From assembly GCA_025994075.1 (NCBI GenBank), contig JAMQGV010000012.1, positions 21,948-85,947 on the forward strand: a stretch of 64,000 nucleotides of DNA, given 5' to 3'. This DNA is from Vicinamibacteria bacterium. GTDB lineage: Bacteria > Acidobacteriota > Vicinamibacteria > Fen-336. Shown here piece after piece: positions 28,877 to 37,549 of this stretch. The notes under the pieces were generated by a model. It saw only the letters and a list, made by a program, of their open reading frames with translations. It ran no database searches and was not told the DNA's origin. The translations under genes and the position numbers were made by a program. The stretch's first letter is position 1. Each line of letters starts with the position of its first letter.

Positions 28877-29000
28877 GGTCTTCGCCGCGATTATGCGCCC
28901 GCGCCGGAAGGCACGATTAGAATGCGCCCGTGCGTCGTCCCGACTCCGCCACCCCCGCCCGCCGCCGCGCTGCTTCCGCTGCATTGCGCGACGCCCGGGC

Positions 29001-30341
29001 GTGAGCCGCGCCGTGGCCGCGCCGGAGCCCCGGCTGTGGGGCTGGGGCCGGGTGCCGGCGCCGGGGCGCGAGCAGCGCTCGGAGGACCTCGAGGCGCTGA
29101 CCCGCGACGCCGTGCTCTCGCGCGGCCTGGGCCGCTCCTACGGCGATTCCGCACTGCCGCCGCCGTCGCACCCGGTCGTCGCCGGGACGACGCTCGCCGA
29201 CCGCATCCTCGCCTTCGATCCCGCGAGCGGGCGCTTGCGCGCCGAGGCGGGCCTGACGCTGCGCGAGGTGGTGCGCGTGTTCCTGCCCCGCGGCCTGTTC
29301 CCGCCGGTCACGCCGGGAACGCAGTACGTCACGCTCGGCGGCATGGTCGCCTCCGACGTGCACGGCAAGAACCACCACGTCGACGGCACCATCGGCCGCC
29401 ACGTCACGGCGCTCAAGCTGCGGGTGGCGTCCGGCGAGATCGTGGAATGCACGCCGGAGCGCGAGAGCGAGCTGTTCCGGGCGACCGTCGGTGGCATGGG
29501 CCTGACCGGCCACATCCTCGAGGTCGAGTTCGCGCTGCGGCGGGTGCCGAGCCCGTGGATCCTGGGCGAGACCGAGCGTATCCCGAACCTCGAGGGCTTC
29601 GTCGACGGCCTCGAGGCCGCCGCCCGCGAGTGGCCGATGACGATGGGCTGGATCGACTGCCTGTCGCGCGGCGACTCCCTCGGCCGCGGCATCCTCTACC
29701 GCGGGCGCTGGGCGACGCCCGACGAGGCGCCGCGCCGCGCGCCGCGGCCCAAGTCGCGCTTCACGGTGCCGTTCGTGATGCCCGAGTGGCTGCTCGGCCC
29801 GCTGACGGTGCGCACCTTCAACTTCTTCAACTACCACCAGCACGTGCCGCGGGTGCGGCGCGGGATCGTGCACCCCGAGGCGTTCTTCTACCCGCTCGAC
29901 ATGCTGCTCGAGTGGAACCGGCTGTACGGCCCGCGCGGCTTCACCCAGTACCAGTGCGTGCTGCCGCGCAGCGCGGGCCGCGGCGCGGCGCGGCGCTTCC
30001 TCGACGTGCTCTCGGCCCGCGGCGGCGCCTCGTTCCTGTGCGTCATCAAGGACTGCGGCGAGGAGGGCGCGGGCCTGCTGTCGTTCCCGCGGCCCGGCAT
30101 CTCGATCGCGCTCGACATCGCGCTGCGCGACGACACCCAGGCACTGGTCGACGCGCTCAACGAGGCCGTGATCGCCGAAGGAGGCCGCGTGTACCTGACC
30201 AAGGACTCGCTGACCCGCCCGGAGCACTTCCGGGCGATGGAACCCCGGCTCGAGGAGTTCCTGCGCGTGCGCCGCAAGTGGGACCCCGAGGGCCGGCTGC
30301 GCAGCGCGCAGTCGGTGCGGCTGTTCGGGGACCGGCCGTGA
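29001..30341 (+). CDS. FAD-dependent oxidoreductase of the DprE1 (decaprenylphosphoryl-ribose 2'-oxidase) type
   Basis: N-terminal LWGWGR and LSRGLGRSYGDSAL FAD-binding motif, PCMH-type FAD domain and C-terminal DprE1-like cap. Start near the GTG at 29001 (alternative GTG at 29013). Confidence 0.75.
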   Translation: MSRAVAAPEPRLWGWGRVPAPGREQRSEDLEALTRDAVLSRGLGRSYGDSALPPPSHPVVAGTTLADRILAFDPASGRLRAEAGLTLREVVRVFLPRGLFPPVTPGTQYVTLGGMVASDVHGKNHHVDGTIGRHVTALKLRVASGEIVECTPERESELFRATVGGMGLTGHILEVEFALRRVPSPWILGETERIPNLEGFVDGLEAAAREWPMTMGWIDCLSRGDSLGRGILYRGRWATPDEAPRRAPRPKSRFTVPFVMPEWLLGPLTVRTFNFFNYHQHVPRVRRGIVHPEAFFYPLDMLLEWNRLYGPRGFTQYQCVLPRSAGRGAARRFLDVLSARGGASFLCVIKDCGEEGAGLLSFPRPGISIALDIALRDDTQALVDALNEAVIAEGGRVYLTKDSLTRPEHFRAMEPRLEEFLRVRRKWDPEGRLRSAQSVRLFGDRP

Positions 30342-31081
30342 AGGCGGCGATCCTCGGCGCGACCCGCGGCATGGGCCGCGCCCTGGCACGGGGGATGGCC
30401 GAGCGGGGCGACACGCTGTGCCTGCTGGGCCGGGACGTCGCGGACCTCGAGAAGAGCGCGCGCGACGCGGAGGCCCGCGGCGGCCACGCGGCCGGCGCGT
30501 TCGCGGTCGCGGAGTGCGACCTCGAACGGCCCGAGACCTTCGCTCCCGCGCTCGACGCCGCGGAGAAGGCGCTGGGCGGGCTCGACGCGGTGATCGTCAC
30601 CGCCGGCATGTTCGCGACCCAGGACCGGCTGGAGGCGGACGCCGAGCTGGCGCGGCGCCTGCTCGTCGTCGACTTCGCGCACACCGTCGCCTTCTGCGAG
30701 GAGGCGCGCAAGCGGTTGCTCGCCCGCGGCGGCGGCACGCTGTGCGTGTTCTCCTCGGTGGCCGGCGAGCGCGGCCGCAAGCCCGTGGCGATCTACGGCG
30801 CGGCCAAGGCCGGCCTCACCCGCTATCTCGAGGCGCTCGACCACAAGTACCGCGCCGCGGGCCTGCGCACGGTGTGCGTCAAGCCGGGCTTCGTGAAGAC
30901 GGGCATGACCGAGGGCCTGAAGCCGCCGCCGTTCGCGGGCGAACCCGAAGACGTCGCGCGCACGGTGCTCTCGGCGATCGACTCCGGCAAGCCGGTCGTC
31001 TACGCGCCGCCGATCTGGGCGCTCGTGATGCTCGTGATCCGCAACCTGCCGCGCTTCGTGATGCGCCGCATCCAGTTCTAG
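30338..31081 (+). CDS. Short-chain dehydrogenase/reductase, DprE2-like partner
   Basis: GATRGMGRALA NAD(P)-binding loop and YGAAKAG catalytic YxxxK. GTGA overlap with the upstream oxidase stop. Confidence 0.75.
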   Translation: MKAAILGATRGMGRALARGMAERGDTLCLLGRDVADLEKSARDAEARGGHAAGAFAVAECDLERPETFAPALDAAEKALGGLDAVIVTAGMFATQDRLEADAELARRLLVVDFAHTVAFCEEARKRLLARGGGTLCVFSSVAGERGRKPVAIYGAAKAGLTRYLEALDHKYRAAGLRTVCVKPGFVKTGMTEGLKPPPFAGEPEDVARTVLSAIDSGKPVVYAPPIWALVMLVIRNLPRFVMRRIQF

Positions 31082-31083
31082 CG

Positions 31084-31977
31084 GTGCGCGCGGTCCGCGC
31101 CTGGATCGCGGCCCACCCGTGGACGGCGCGGGCGCTGCTCTACGGAAGCGCGATCCTGCTGGGCCTGCCGTGGGCCTTCTCGGTGGTGATGACGGGCACG
31201 ATGCGGCGGCCGGCCGAGCCGCTGCCCGCCGGGTGGAGCGAGGTGGCGCTGCGCAGCGCGGACGGCCTCGCCCTGCGGGCGGCGCTGCGCGCGGGCGACC
31301 CGGCGCGGCCGGCGTTCGTGATCGCTCACGGGCTCGGCGACACGCTCGACAGCTTCCTGCCGCTCGGCAGCGCCTTCGCGACGCGGGGTCACACGGTGCT
31401 GGCGGTCGACCTGCGCGGCCACGGCGGCAGCGAAGGCGGGCTGACGACGCTCGGCGGCCTCGAGCAACGCGACGTGACGGCCGGCATGGAGCACCTCCGG
31501 CAGCAGGGCCTGGCGCGGAGCGGCCTCGTGCTGTTCGGCTTCTCGATGGGTGCCGTCGCGGCGCTGCACGCGGCGGCGGACCAGCCCGACGTGAAGGCGG
31601 TGGTCGCCGAGTGCCCCTACGACACCTACCGCGACACGATCGCCCACCACGCGAAGCTGTTCTACGGACTGCCGCGCTGGCTGCCGCTGATCCCGATGGC
31701 GATCCGCGTCGCCGAGTGGCGGGCGGGCTTCGACGCCGACGCGATCGACTCGCTCGCGGCCGCGCGGCGCACCCGCGCCCCGCTGTTCCTGATCGTCGAC
31801 GGCCTCGACCGGCGGATGCCGGAGAGCGTGGTGCGCCGCATCCTCGACGCCCATGCCGGGCCGAAGGAACTGTGGGTCGCGGACGGCGTCGACCACGTCG
31901 GCGCCCAGTTCCACGCGGAGTACCCGGCCCGGGTGGCCGCCTTCCTGACCACGGCGGGCGTCTGGACGGCCCCGTGA
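31084..31977 (+). CDS. Membrane-anchored alpha/beta hydrolase
   Basis: N-terminal TM helix. HGLGD oxyanion region, GFSMGA nucleophile elbow, and a Asp/His at the C-terminus. Starts 2 nt after the SDR stop. Confidence 0.7.
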   Translation: MRAVRAWIAAHPWTARALLYGSAILLGLPWAFSVVMTGTMRRPAEPLPAGWSEVALRSADGLALRAALRAGDPARPAFVIAHGLGDTLDSFLPLGSAFATRGHTVLAVDLRGHGGSEGGLTTLGGLEQRDVTAGMEHLRQQGLARSGLVLFGFSMGAVAALHAAADQPDVKAVVAECPYDTYRDTIAHHAKLFYGLPRWLPLIPMAIRVAEWRAGFDADAIDSLAAARRTRAPLFLIVDGLDRRMPESVVRRILDAHAGPKELWVADGVDHVGAQFHAEYPARVAAFLTTAGVWTAP

Positions 31978-33071
31978 ACGCCCCGTTCGTCGTCCACACC
32001 GGCGCCCACAAGACGGGCACGACAGCCGTGCAGGCATGGCTCCAACGCGAGCGGGAGGCTCTGAAGGCGTGCGGCATCCTGGTTCCCGCGACCGGCGTCG
32101 GCGGCGTCGGAAACCACGCGCCGCTGATCCGCGCCATGGCCGAGGCTCCCGACTTCCCGGCGGCGGAGGCCGCGAGGCTGCGGGAGGCGCTGCGAATCGA
32201 GGTCGCGGCGCACCCGCAGCACACGGTGGTGATCTCCGCCGAGCACGTGGAGACGCCGCGTTGCCGCCCGCTGCTGCCCCGGCTGGCGCTGGCGATCCGC
32301 GAGTTGGGTCGCGAGCCGATCGCCGTCTTCGGTTGTCGCGAACAGGGCGCGCTCCTGAACTCGCGCCACGCCCAGCGCCGCAAGGCCTTCCTGCCCGTGC
32401 GTCCGTTCGAGCGCTTCGTCGCCGCTGCGCTCGCGCGGCGCAGCGGCGACTGGCAGGGCTGGGCCGCCCGCCTGCGGGCCGCCGGGTTTGCGGTGGCGGC
32501 CTTCGCCTACACGGAGGCCGTGAAGAGGGCGGGCGTCGTGTCGGCGTTCGCACGAGTGCCCTCGCTCGCCGCAGCCGCGGCGCTCGCGGCACGGGCGCCG
32601 CGGGACGAGGTCAACGCCAGCCTCGGGAGCCAGGGCCTGGTCCTCGCCGACGTCGTGCGGGCGCGCGTCGCGGCCCGTCGCCGCCCGCTGGGCGCGGGCC
32701 ACCGGGGCCCGCTTCGCAGGCTGGTGACGCGGCAGGCCGCGGCCTGGCAGGACACACCGTTCAACGGGCTCGGCGCCGAGCAGGCGCAGGCGGTGCGGGC
32801 GCACTTCGCGGAGGGCAACCGCGCCTTCGCCGAGCGCTACCTGGATCGCCCCTGGGACGAGTTGTTCCCCGAGCCGCAAGTGTGGCCCGCCGTGTCGCCG
32901 TCGACGCTCGAAGACCTCGACCCGGCGCGGCGCGAGGCGGTGCTGCGGGCGGCGGACGAGGTACTGCGGCACGCCGACGCCCGCGGAATCTGGAATCGGG
33001 TCGTCAGCGACCCAGGTCGCGCGCGCTCTTTCCGGCGATCCCCCAGTTCTCGCGGGGAACCTCCTGGATGA
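31974..33071 (+). CDS. Hypothetical protein, sulfotransferase-like (PAPS-binding-type HKTGTT loop)
   Basis: The N-terminus VVHTGAHKTGTTAVQAWL resembles the 5'-PSB loop of sulfotransferases. GTGA overlap with the hydrolase stop. The 3' end overlaps the convergent tautomerase gene. Confidence 0.45.
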   Translation: MNAPFVVHTGAHKTGTTAVQAWLQREREALKACGILVPATGVGGVGNHAPLIRAMAEAPDFPAAEAARLREALRIEVAAHPQHTVVISAEHVETPRCRPLLPRLALAIRELGREPIAVFGCREQGALLNSRHAQRRKAFLPVRPFERFVAAALARRSGDWQGWAARLRAAGFAVAAFAYTEAVKRAGVVSAFARVPSLAAAAALAARAPRDEVNASLGSQGLVLADVVRARVAARRRPLGAGHRGPLRRLVTRQAAAWQDTPFNGLGAEQAQAVRAHFAEGNRAFAERYLDRPWDELFPEPQVWPAVSPSTLEDLDPARREAVLRAADEVLRHADARGIWNRVVSDPGRARSFRRSPSSRGEPPG

Positions 33072-33195
33072 CCACGCGGATCGCCTCCTTCGGGGCGTCG
33101 GCCGCCTCGTGCAGGGCCTGGGTCACCTTCTCGATCACGGCCCGCTTCTGGTCTTCGCTGCGGCCTTCCAGCAGGTAGACGTGGGCGATCGGCAT
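33004..33195 (-). CDS. 4-oxalocrotonate tautomerase family protein
   Basis: 63 aa starting MPIAHVYLLEGRSEDQKRAVIEKVTQALHEA (catalytic Pro1). Confidence 0.65.
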   Translation of the reverse strand: MPIAHVYLLEGRSEDQKRAVIEKVTQALHEAADAPKEAIRVVIQEVPRENWGIAGKSARDLGR

Positions 33196-33203
33196 CGGCG
33201 CGC

Positions 33204-33848
33204 TCAGGCCGCGTGGAACACGGCGGTGAAGTGGCAGGCCGTGCCGGCCAGCACGAACAGGTGCCACACGAGGTGGCCGTAACGCAGGCGCTTCCAGGCG
33301 TAGAAGCGGGCGCCGACGCTGTAGGCGATGCCGCCGGCGACGAACCACGCGAAGCCCGCGGGCGGCAGCCGCTCCCACAGCGGGCGCAAGGCGACGGCGC
33401 CCGCCCAGCCCGTGGCCAGGTACAGGGCGAGCGAGACCCGCGGGTGGCGCTGGCGATCGAGCAACTCGAAGAGGATGCCCGCCCCGGCCAGCGTCCACAC
33501 GACGGCCAGCACTGGCCCGTCCCACGGCGGGCCCAGCACGCCGGTGGCGAACGGCGTGTAGGTGCCGGCGATCACCCCGTAGATCGCGCAGTGGTCGAAC
33601 ACGCGGAACGCGTTCCTGGCGCGCCCCGGCGGCAGGCCGTGGTACAGCGTGGAGCCGGCGTAGAGCAGCGCCACGCTGGTCGCGAACACGAGGCTGCCGA
33701 GCAGGAAGGAGACCCGGCCGCGGGAGGCGGCGAGGGCGATCAGGAACGGCGCCGTCGTCAGCACCCCGACCAGGCCGACGCCGTGGCTCAGGCAGTTCGC
33801 GAGTTCTTCGCCGCGGGACGGAACCCGCTCGGCGGCCAGCGCGCTCAT
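33204..33848 (-). CDS. Hemolysin-III/PAQR family membrane protein
   Basis: 214 aa, 7 TM, conserved His residues (LSHGVG...TLYHG...HLVWHLFVLAGTACHF). Confidence 0.8.
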   Translation of the reverse strand: MSALAAERVPSRGEELANCLSHGVGLVGVLTTAPFLIALAASRGRVSFLLGSLVFATSVALLYAGSTLYHGLPPGRARNAFRVFDHCAIYGVIAGTYTPFATGVLGPPWDGPVLAVVWTLAGAGILFELLDRQRHPRVSLALYLATGWAGAVALRPLWERLPPAGFAWFVAGGIAYSVGARFYAWKRLRYGHLVWHLFVLAGTACHFTAVFHAA

Positions 33849-33967
33849 CGAACCTCCATGCTAACGCCGCGGGGCATGACATCCGTCACCCGCCCGCGCT
33901 GACCCCCTCCACTACCGCCGGCGCCGCCGTGGGCGCACCTTCTTCGGCAGCGCGGGAGGCGATTCGC

Positions 33968-34903
33968 ATGGCGACGGCAGTGACGAGGGAGGCGGGCACG
34001 CGGCGGCCGGTGGTCGCGCGGCTCGCGGGCGTCAGCAAGAGCTTCGGAGCAGTGCGGGCGCTGGGCCCGCTCGACCTGGAGTTGCGGCAGGGCGAGGTCA
34101 CGGCGCTGCTGGGACCCAACGGCGCCGGCAAGACCACGAGCGTGCGGCTGCTGCTCGGGCTGTGCGCGCCGAGCGCCGGCAGCGTCCGGGTGTTCGGGCG
34201 CGACCCGCGACAGCCCCAGAGCCGGCACCGGGTCGGCGCGATGCTGCAGGTGGCGCGGGTGCCGGAGACCCTGAAGGTGCGCGAGCACGTCGCGGCGTTC
34301 GCCAGCTACTACCCGGCCCCGCTGCCGGTCGGCGAGGCGCTGGCGGCCGCTGGCCTCGAGCGGCTGGCAGAGCGGCCGTTCGGCGCGCTCTCCGGCGGCG
34401 AACGGCAGCGGCTGCTGTTCGCGCTGGCGCTGGTCGGCGACCCCGACCTGCTCTACCTCGACGAGCCGACGGTCGCGCTCGACGTCGAAGGCCGCCGCGC
34501 GTTCTGGGGCCACGTGCGGGCGCTGGCGGCGCGCGGCAAGACGATCCTGCTCACGACCCACTACCTCGAGGAGGCGGACGCCCTCGCCCAGCGCGTGGTC
34601 GTGCTCGACCGCGGCTGCGTCGTGGCGGACGGCACGCCCGCCGAGATCAAGCGCCGCGCGTCCGGCCGCCGCGTGCGGGTGGTGACGGGGCTCGCCGACG
34701 ACGCGCTGGTGGCGCTGCCCGGCGTGCGAGAACTGCAGCGACAGGAGGCCCGCGTGGAGATCCTGACCGACGCGCCAGACGCGCTCGTGCGCGCGCTGCT
34801 GGCGGCCGACCCGGAGGCCTCCGAGCTGGAAGTGGCGGGCGCGGGGCTCGAGGAGGCGTTCCTGGCACTGACCGGCCGCGGGCCGGAGGGAGGCGGACGA
34901 TGA
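33968..34903 (+). CDS. ABC transporter ATP-binding protein (ABC-2 subfamily)
   Basis: Walker A GPNGAGKTT, signature LSGGERQRL, Walker B LLYLDEPT. Confidence 0.8.
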   Translation: MATAVTREAGTRRPVVARLAGVSKSFGAVRALGPLDLELRQGEVTALLGPNGAGKTTSVRLLLGLCAPSAGSVRVFGRDPRQPQSRHRVGAMLQVARVPETLKVREHVAAFASYYPAPLPVGEALAAAGLERLAERPFGALSGGERQRLLFALALVGDPDLLYLDEPTVALDVEGRRAFWGHVRALAARGKTILLTTHYLEEADALAQRVVVLDRGCVVADGTPAEIKRRASGRRVRVVTGLADDALVALPGVRELQRQEARVEILTDAPDALVRALLAADPEASELEVAGAGLEEAFLALTGRGPEGGGR

Positions 34904-35703
34904 GCGCGACGGCGGCCGAGTGGATGGCCCTCGAGCAAGGCGTGGCGATGAGCAGCGGACGGCGCCTGCGCATGCTGTGGGTCGAGACGCGGCTCGAGTT
35001 CCTGAAGCTGCTGCGGATGCCCGCCTTCTTCGTCCCCACCGTGACCTTCCCCGCGTTCTTCTATCTGCTGTTCGGGCTCTCGCTCGGCAGCCGCGGCGTG
35101 GGCGGCCTGTCGATGTCGACCTACCTGCTCGCGAGCTACGGCGCCTTCGGCGCGATGGGCGTGGCACTCGGGGCCTTCGGCATCGGCTACGCGATGGAGC
35201 GCGGCCAGGGCTGGCTGACGCTCAAGCGCGCCTCGCCGCTGCCGCCGCTCGCCTACTTCGGCGCCAAGCTGGCGGTGTCGCTGGCGTTCGGCTTCGTCGT
35301 GTTCGCCCTGCTCGCGCTGCTCGGCGTGACGCTCGGCGGCGTGGAGCTGACGGCCGGCACCTGGCTGCGGCTGACCCTGGCGGTAGTGCTCGGCGCGCTG
35401 CCCTTCTGCGCGTTCGGACTGCTGCTGGGCTCGCTGGGCAGCCCCAACGCGGCGCCGGCGCTGGTCAACCTCGTGCACCTGCCGATGGCGTTCCTGTCGG
35501 GGATGTGGATCCCGATCCAGGGCCTGCCGCCGACGCTGCGACAGGCCGCGCGCTTCCTGCCGGGCTACCACTACACGCAGCTCGCGCTGAAGCCGCTCGG
35601 CGCCGACCTCGGCCAGGCGGCCTGGCTCCACGTCGGCGTGCTGGCCGCCTTCGGCCTCGCCTGCCTGGCCGGCGCCGCCTGGCTGTGGTCGCGCGAGGAG
35701 TAG
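34900..35703 (+). CDS. ABC-2 family transporter permease
   Basis: Six-TM hydrophobic protein. ATGA overlap with the ATPase stop. Confidence 0.7.
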   Translation: MSATAAEWMALEQGVAMSSGRRLRMLWVETRLEFLKLLRMPAFFVPTVTFPAFFYLLFGLSLGSRGVGGLSMSTYLLASYGAFGAMGVALGAFGIGYAMERGQGWLTLKRASPLPPLAYFGAKLAVSLAFGFVVFALLALLGVTLGGVELTAGTWLRLTLAVVLGALPFCAFGLLLGSLGSPNAAPALVNLVHLPMAFLSGMWIPIQGLPPTLRQAARFLPGYHYTQLALKPLGADLGQAAWLHVGVLAAFGLACLAGAAWLWSREE

Positions 35704-35730
35704 CTCACGTACCATCAGCCCGGTCATCCC

Positions 35731-36837
35731 GTGCGACTGCGCCTGCTCCCCGACGATCCCCAGCTCGGCTACACGCCGTTCGCGTGGCTCGTGTACGCGG
35801 CGCTCGTGCCCTTCTACCTGTACGCGCGGGGCGCGGGTCCGCTGGCCTGGACCGCGAACCTGCTGGGGCTCGCCGCGTTCCTGTTCCTCTACTTCCGCGG
35901 CTTCTGGTTCACCGGAAGGGCCGTGCTGCCGTACGCCGGGGGGCTGGTGGCGCTGGGCGCGCTCTTCGCGCCGTTCAACCCCGGCGCCTCGGCCTACTTC
36001 ATCTACGGAGCGGCGTTCCTCGGGCCGGCGCTGCCGGCGGGGCTCGCGGTGCGCTGGCTGGCGCTGTTCGTCGCCATCGTCGGCCTCGAGGCGGCCCTGC
36101 TGCGGCTGCACCCCGGGGTGTGGGCGCCGGCCATCGTGGGCTCGCTGCTGGTGGGCCTCACCAACATCCACTTCGGCGAGGTGCGCCGCCAGAACGCGCG
36201 GCTGCGGCTCGCCCAGGAGGAGGTCGAGCGCCTGGCCCGCACCGCCGAGCGCGAGCGCATCGGCCGCGACCTGCACGACCTGCTCGGCCACACGCTGTCG
36301 CTGGTCACGCTCAAGGCGGAGCTGGCGCGGCGACTGGTCGAGCGCGACCCGCAGCGCGCGGCCCGCGAGCTGGACGACGTGCTGGGCGTCGCCCGTGGCG
36401 CGCTCGCGGAGGTGCGCCGCGCGGTGGCCGGCTTCCGCCAGCGCGACCTGCCCGCCGAGCTGGCCTCGGCGCGGCTGGCGCTGGAGGCCGCCGGCGTGGC
36501 CGTGGACGCGGACGCGCCCGCCATCGCGCTCGGTGCCGAGCGCGAGGCGGCACTCGCGCTGGCGCTGCGCGAGGCCGTCACCAACGTCGTGCGCCACGCG
36601 GGCGCCACCCGCTGCCGGATCGGGCTCGGCATCGCGGGCGGCGACGCGCGGCTGGTGATCGAGGACGACGGCCGCGGCGGGCCCGTGCGCGAGGGCAGCG
36701 GCCTGGCGGGCATGCGGGAGCGGATCGAGGCGCTCGGCGGACACCTCGTGGTCGACGGCCGCTCCGGGACCCGGGTCGAGGTCGTGCTCCCCGCCGGCGA
36801 CGCCGACGCGCCGCGGGCGCTGCGGGCCGCGTGCTGA
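35731..36837 (+). CDS. Membrane sensor histidine kinase, DesK/LiaS type (HisKA_3 + HATPase)
   Basis: 4-5 N-terminal TM helices. H-box RERIGRDLHDLLGHTLS. C-terminal ATPase (GSGLAGMRERIEALGG). Confidence 0.8.
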   Translation: MRLRLLPDDPQLGYTPFAWLVYAALVPFYLYARGAGPLAWTANLLGLAAFLFLYFRGFWFTGRAVLPYAGGLVALGALFAPFNPGASAYFIYGAAFLGPALPAGLAVRWLALFVAIVGLEAALLRLHPGVWAPAIVGSLLVGLTNIHFGEVRRQNARLRLAQEEVERLARTAERERIGRDLHDLLGHTLSLVTLKAELARRLVERDPQRAARELDDVLGVARGALAEVRRAVAGFRQRDLPAELASARLALEAAGVAVDADAPAIALGAEREAALALALREAVTNVVRHAGATRCRIGLGIAGGDARLVIEDDGRGGPVREGSGLAGMRERIEALGGHLVVDGRSGTRVEVVLPAGDADAPRALRAAC

Positions 36838-36847
36838 GGAGCCCGCG

Positions 36848-37549
36848 TTGAGCGGCGGCCCGTCCCGCGTCGAGGTGCGCCAGGGCAGCGGCGGCCTGGA
36901 GCTGCGCGTCGACGGCACCCTGGCCTCCGTGGTCGGCGCCGGCCACGGGGAGACGGGGCCGGTGTGGGCCGCGCTGGCGGCGCCGCTGCTGGCGCTGCCG
37001 CCGCAGCGCCGGCGCCGGGCGCTGATCCTCGGCCTCGGCGCCGGCGCCGCGGCGCGCCTGCTGCGCGCGCTCGAGCCCGGGCTCGAGATCACCGGCGTCG
37101 AGCTCGACGCCGACGTGCTGGCCGCCGCCCGCACCCACTTCGGCCTCGACGCCCTGGGCATCGAGACGGTGCACGCCGACGCCGTCGAGTACGTCCGGCA
37201 CGAGCGCCGGAGCTTCGACCTGGTCGTCGAGGACCTGTTCGTCGGACCCAACCGCTCGATCCACAAGCCGCCGGCGCTGTGGGAGGGCGGCTACCGCGCG
37301 GCCTGGCAGCGCGTCGCGGCCGGTGGCGTGCTGGCCGCGAACACGATCCACGAGGGCCCGCGGGTGCGACGCGCGCTCGCCGCCGTCGCGCCGGTCCCGC
37401 TCCACGTCGGAGTGCGTCGCTACTACAACCGCATCTACGTGGCGGGCCACGCGCTCCCGGGCGTGGCCGAGCTGCGCCGGCGCCTGGCCGCCGAGCCGCT
37501 GCTTCGCCGCCACCTGCCGCAGCTCGCGCTGCTCACGCTCGCGCCGTGA
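36848..37549 (+). CDS. Spermidine-synthase-like (PABS/methyltransferase fold) protein embedded between kinase and regulator
   Basis: ILGLGAGAAARLL and DLVVEDLFVGPN motifs, as in the C-terminal domain of the fused MFS/SpeE-like protein at 12278..15409. Alternative (TTG) start. Confidence 0.55.
   Translation: MSGGPSRVEVRQGSGGLELRVDGTLASVVGAGHGETGPVWAALAAPLLALPPQRRRRALILGLGAGAAARLLRALEPGLEITGVELDADVLAAARTHFGLDALGIETVHADAVEYVRHERRSFDLVVEDLFVGPNRSIHKPPALWEGGYRAAWQRVAAGGVLAANTIHEGPRVRRALAAVAPVPLHVGVRRYYNRIYVAGHALPGVAELRRRLAAEPLLRRHLPQLALLTLAP

Noticed and set aside
28893-29000. ATG at 28893 as start of the DprE1-like oxidase
   Set aside because: It is only 16 bp from the divergent gntR start codon, leaving no room for promoters. 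The conserved N-terminal GWGR motif implies a start near 29001.
28211-31081. 956-aa ORF (+)
   Set aside because: Chimeric: it is antisense to gntR at its 5' end and out of frame through the DprE1-like gene. Only 30338..31081 (the SDR) is real in this frame.
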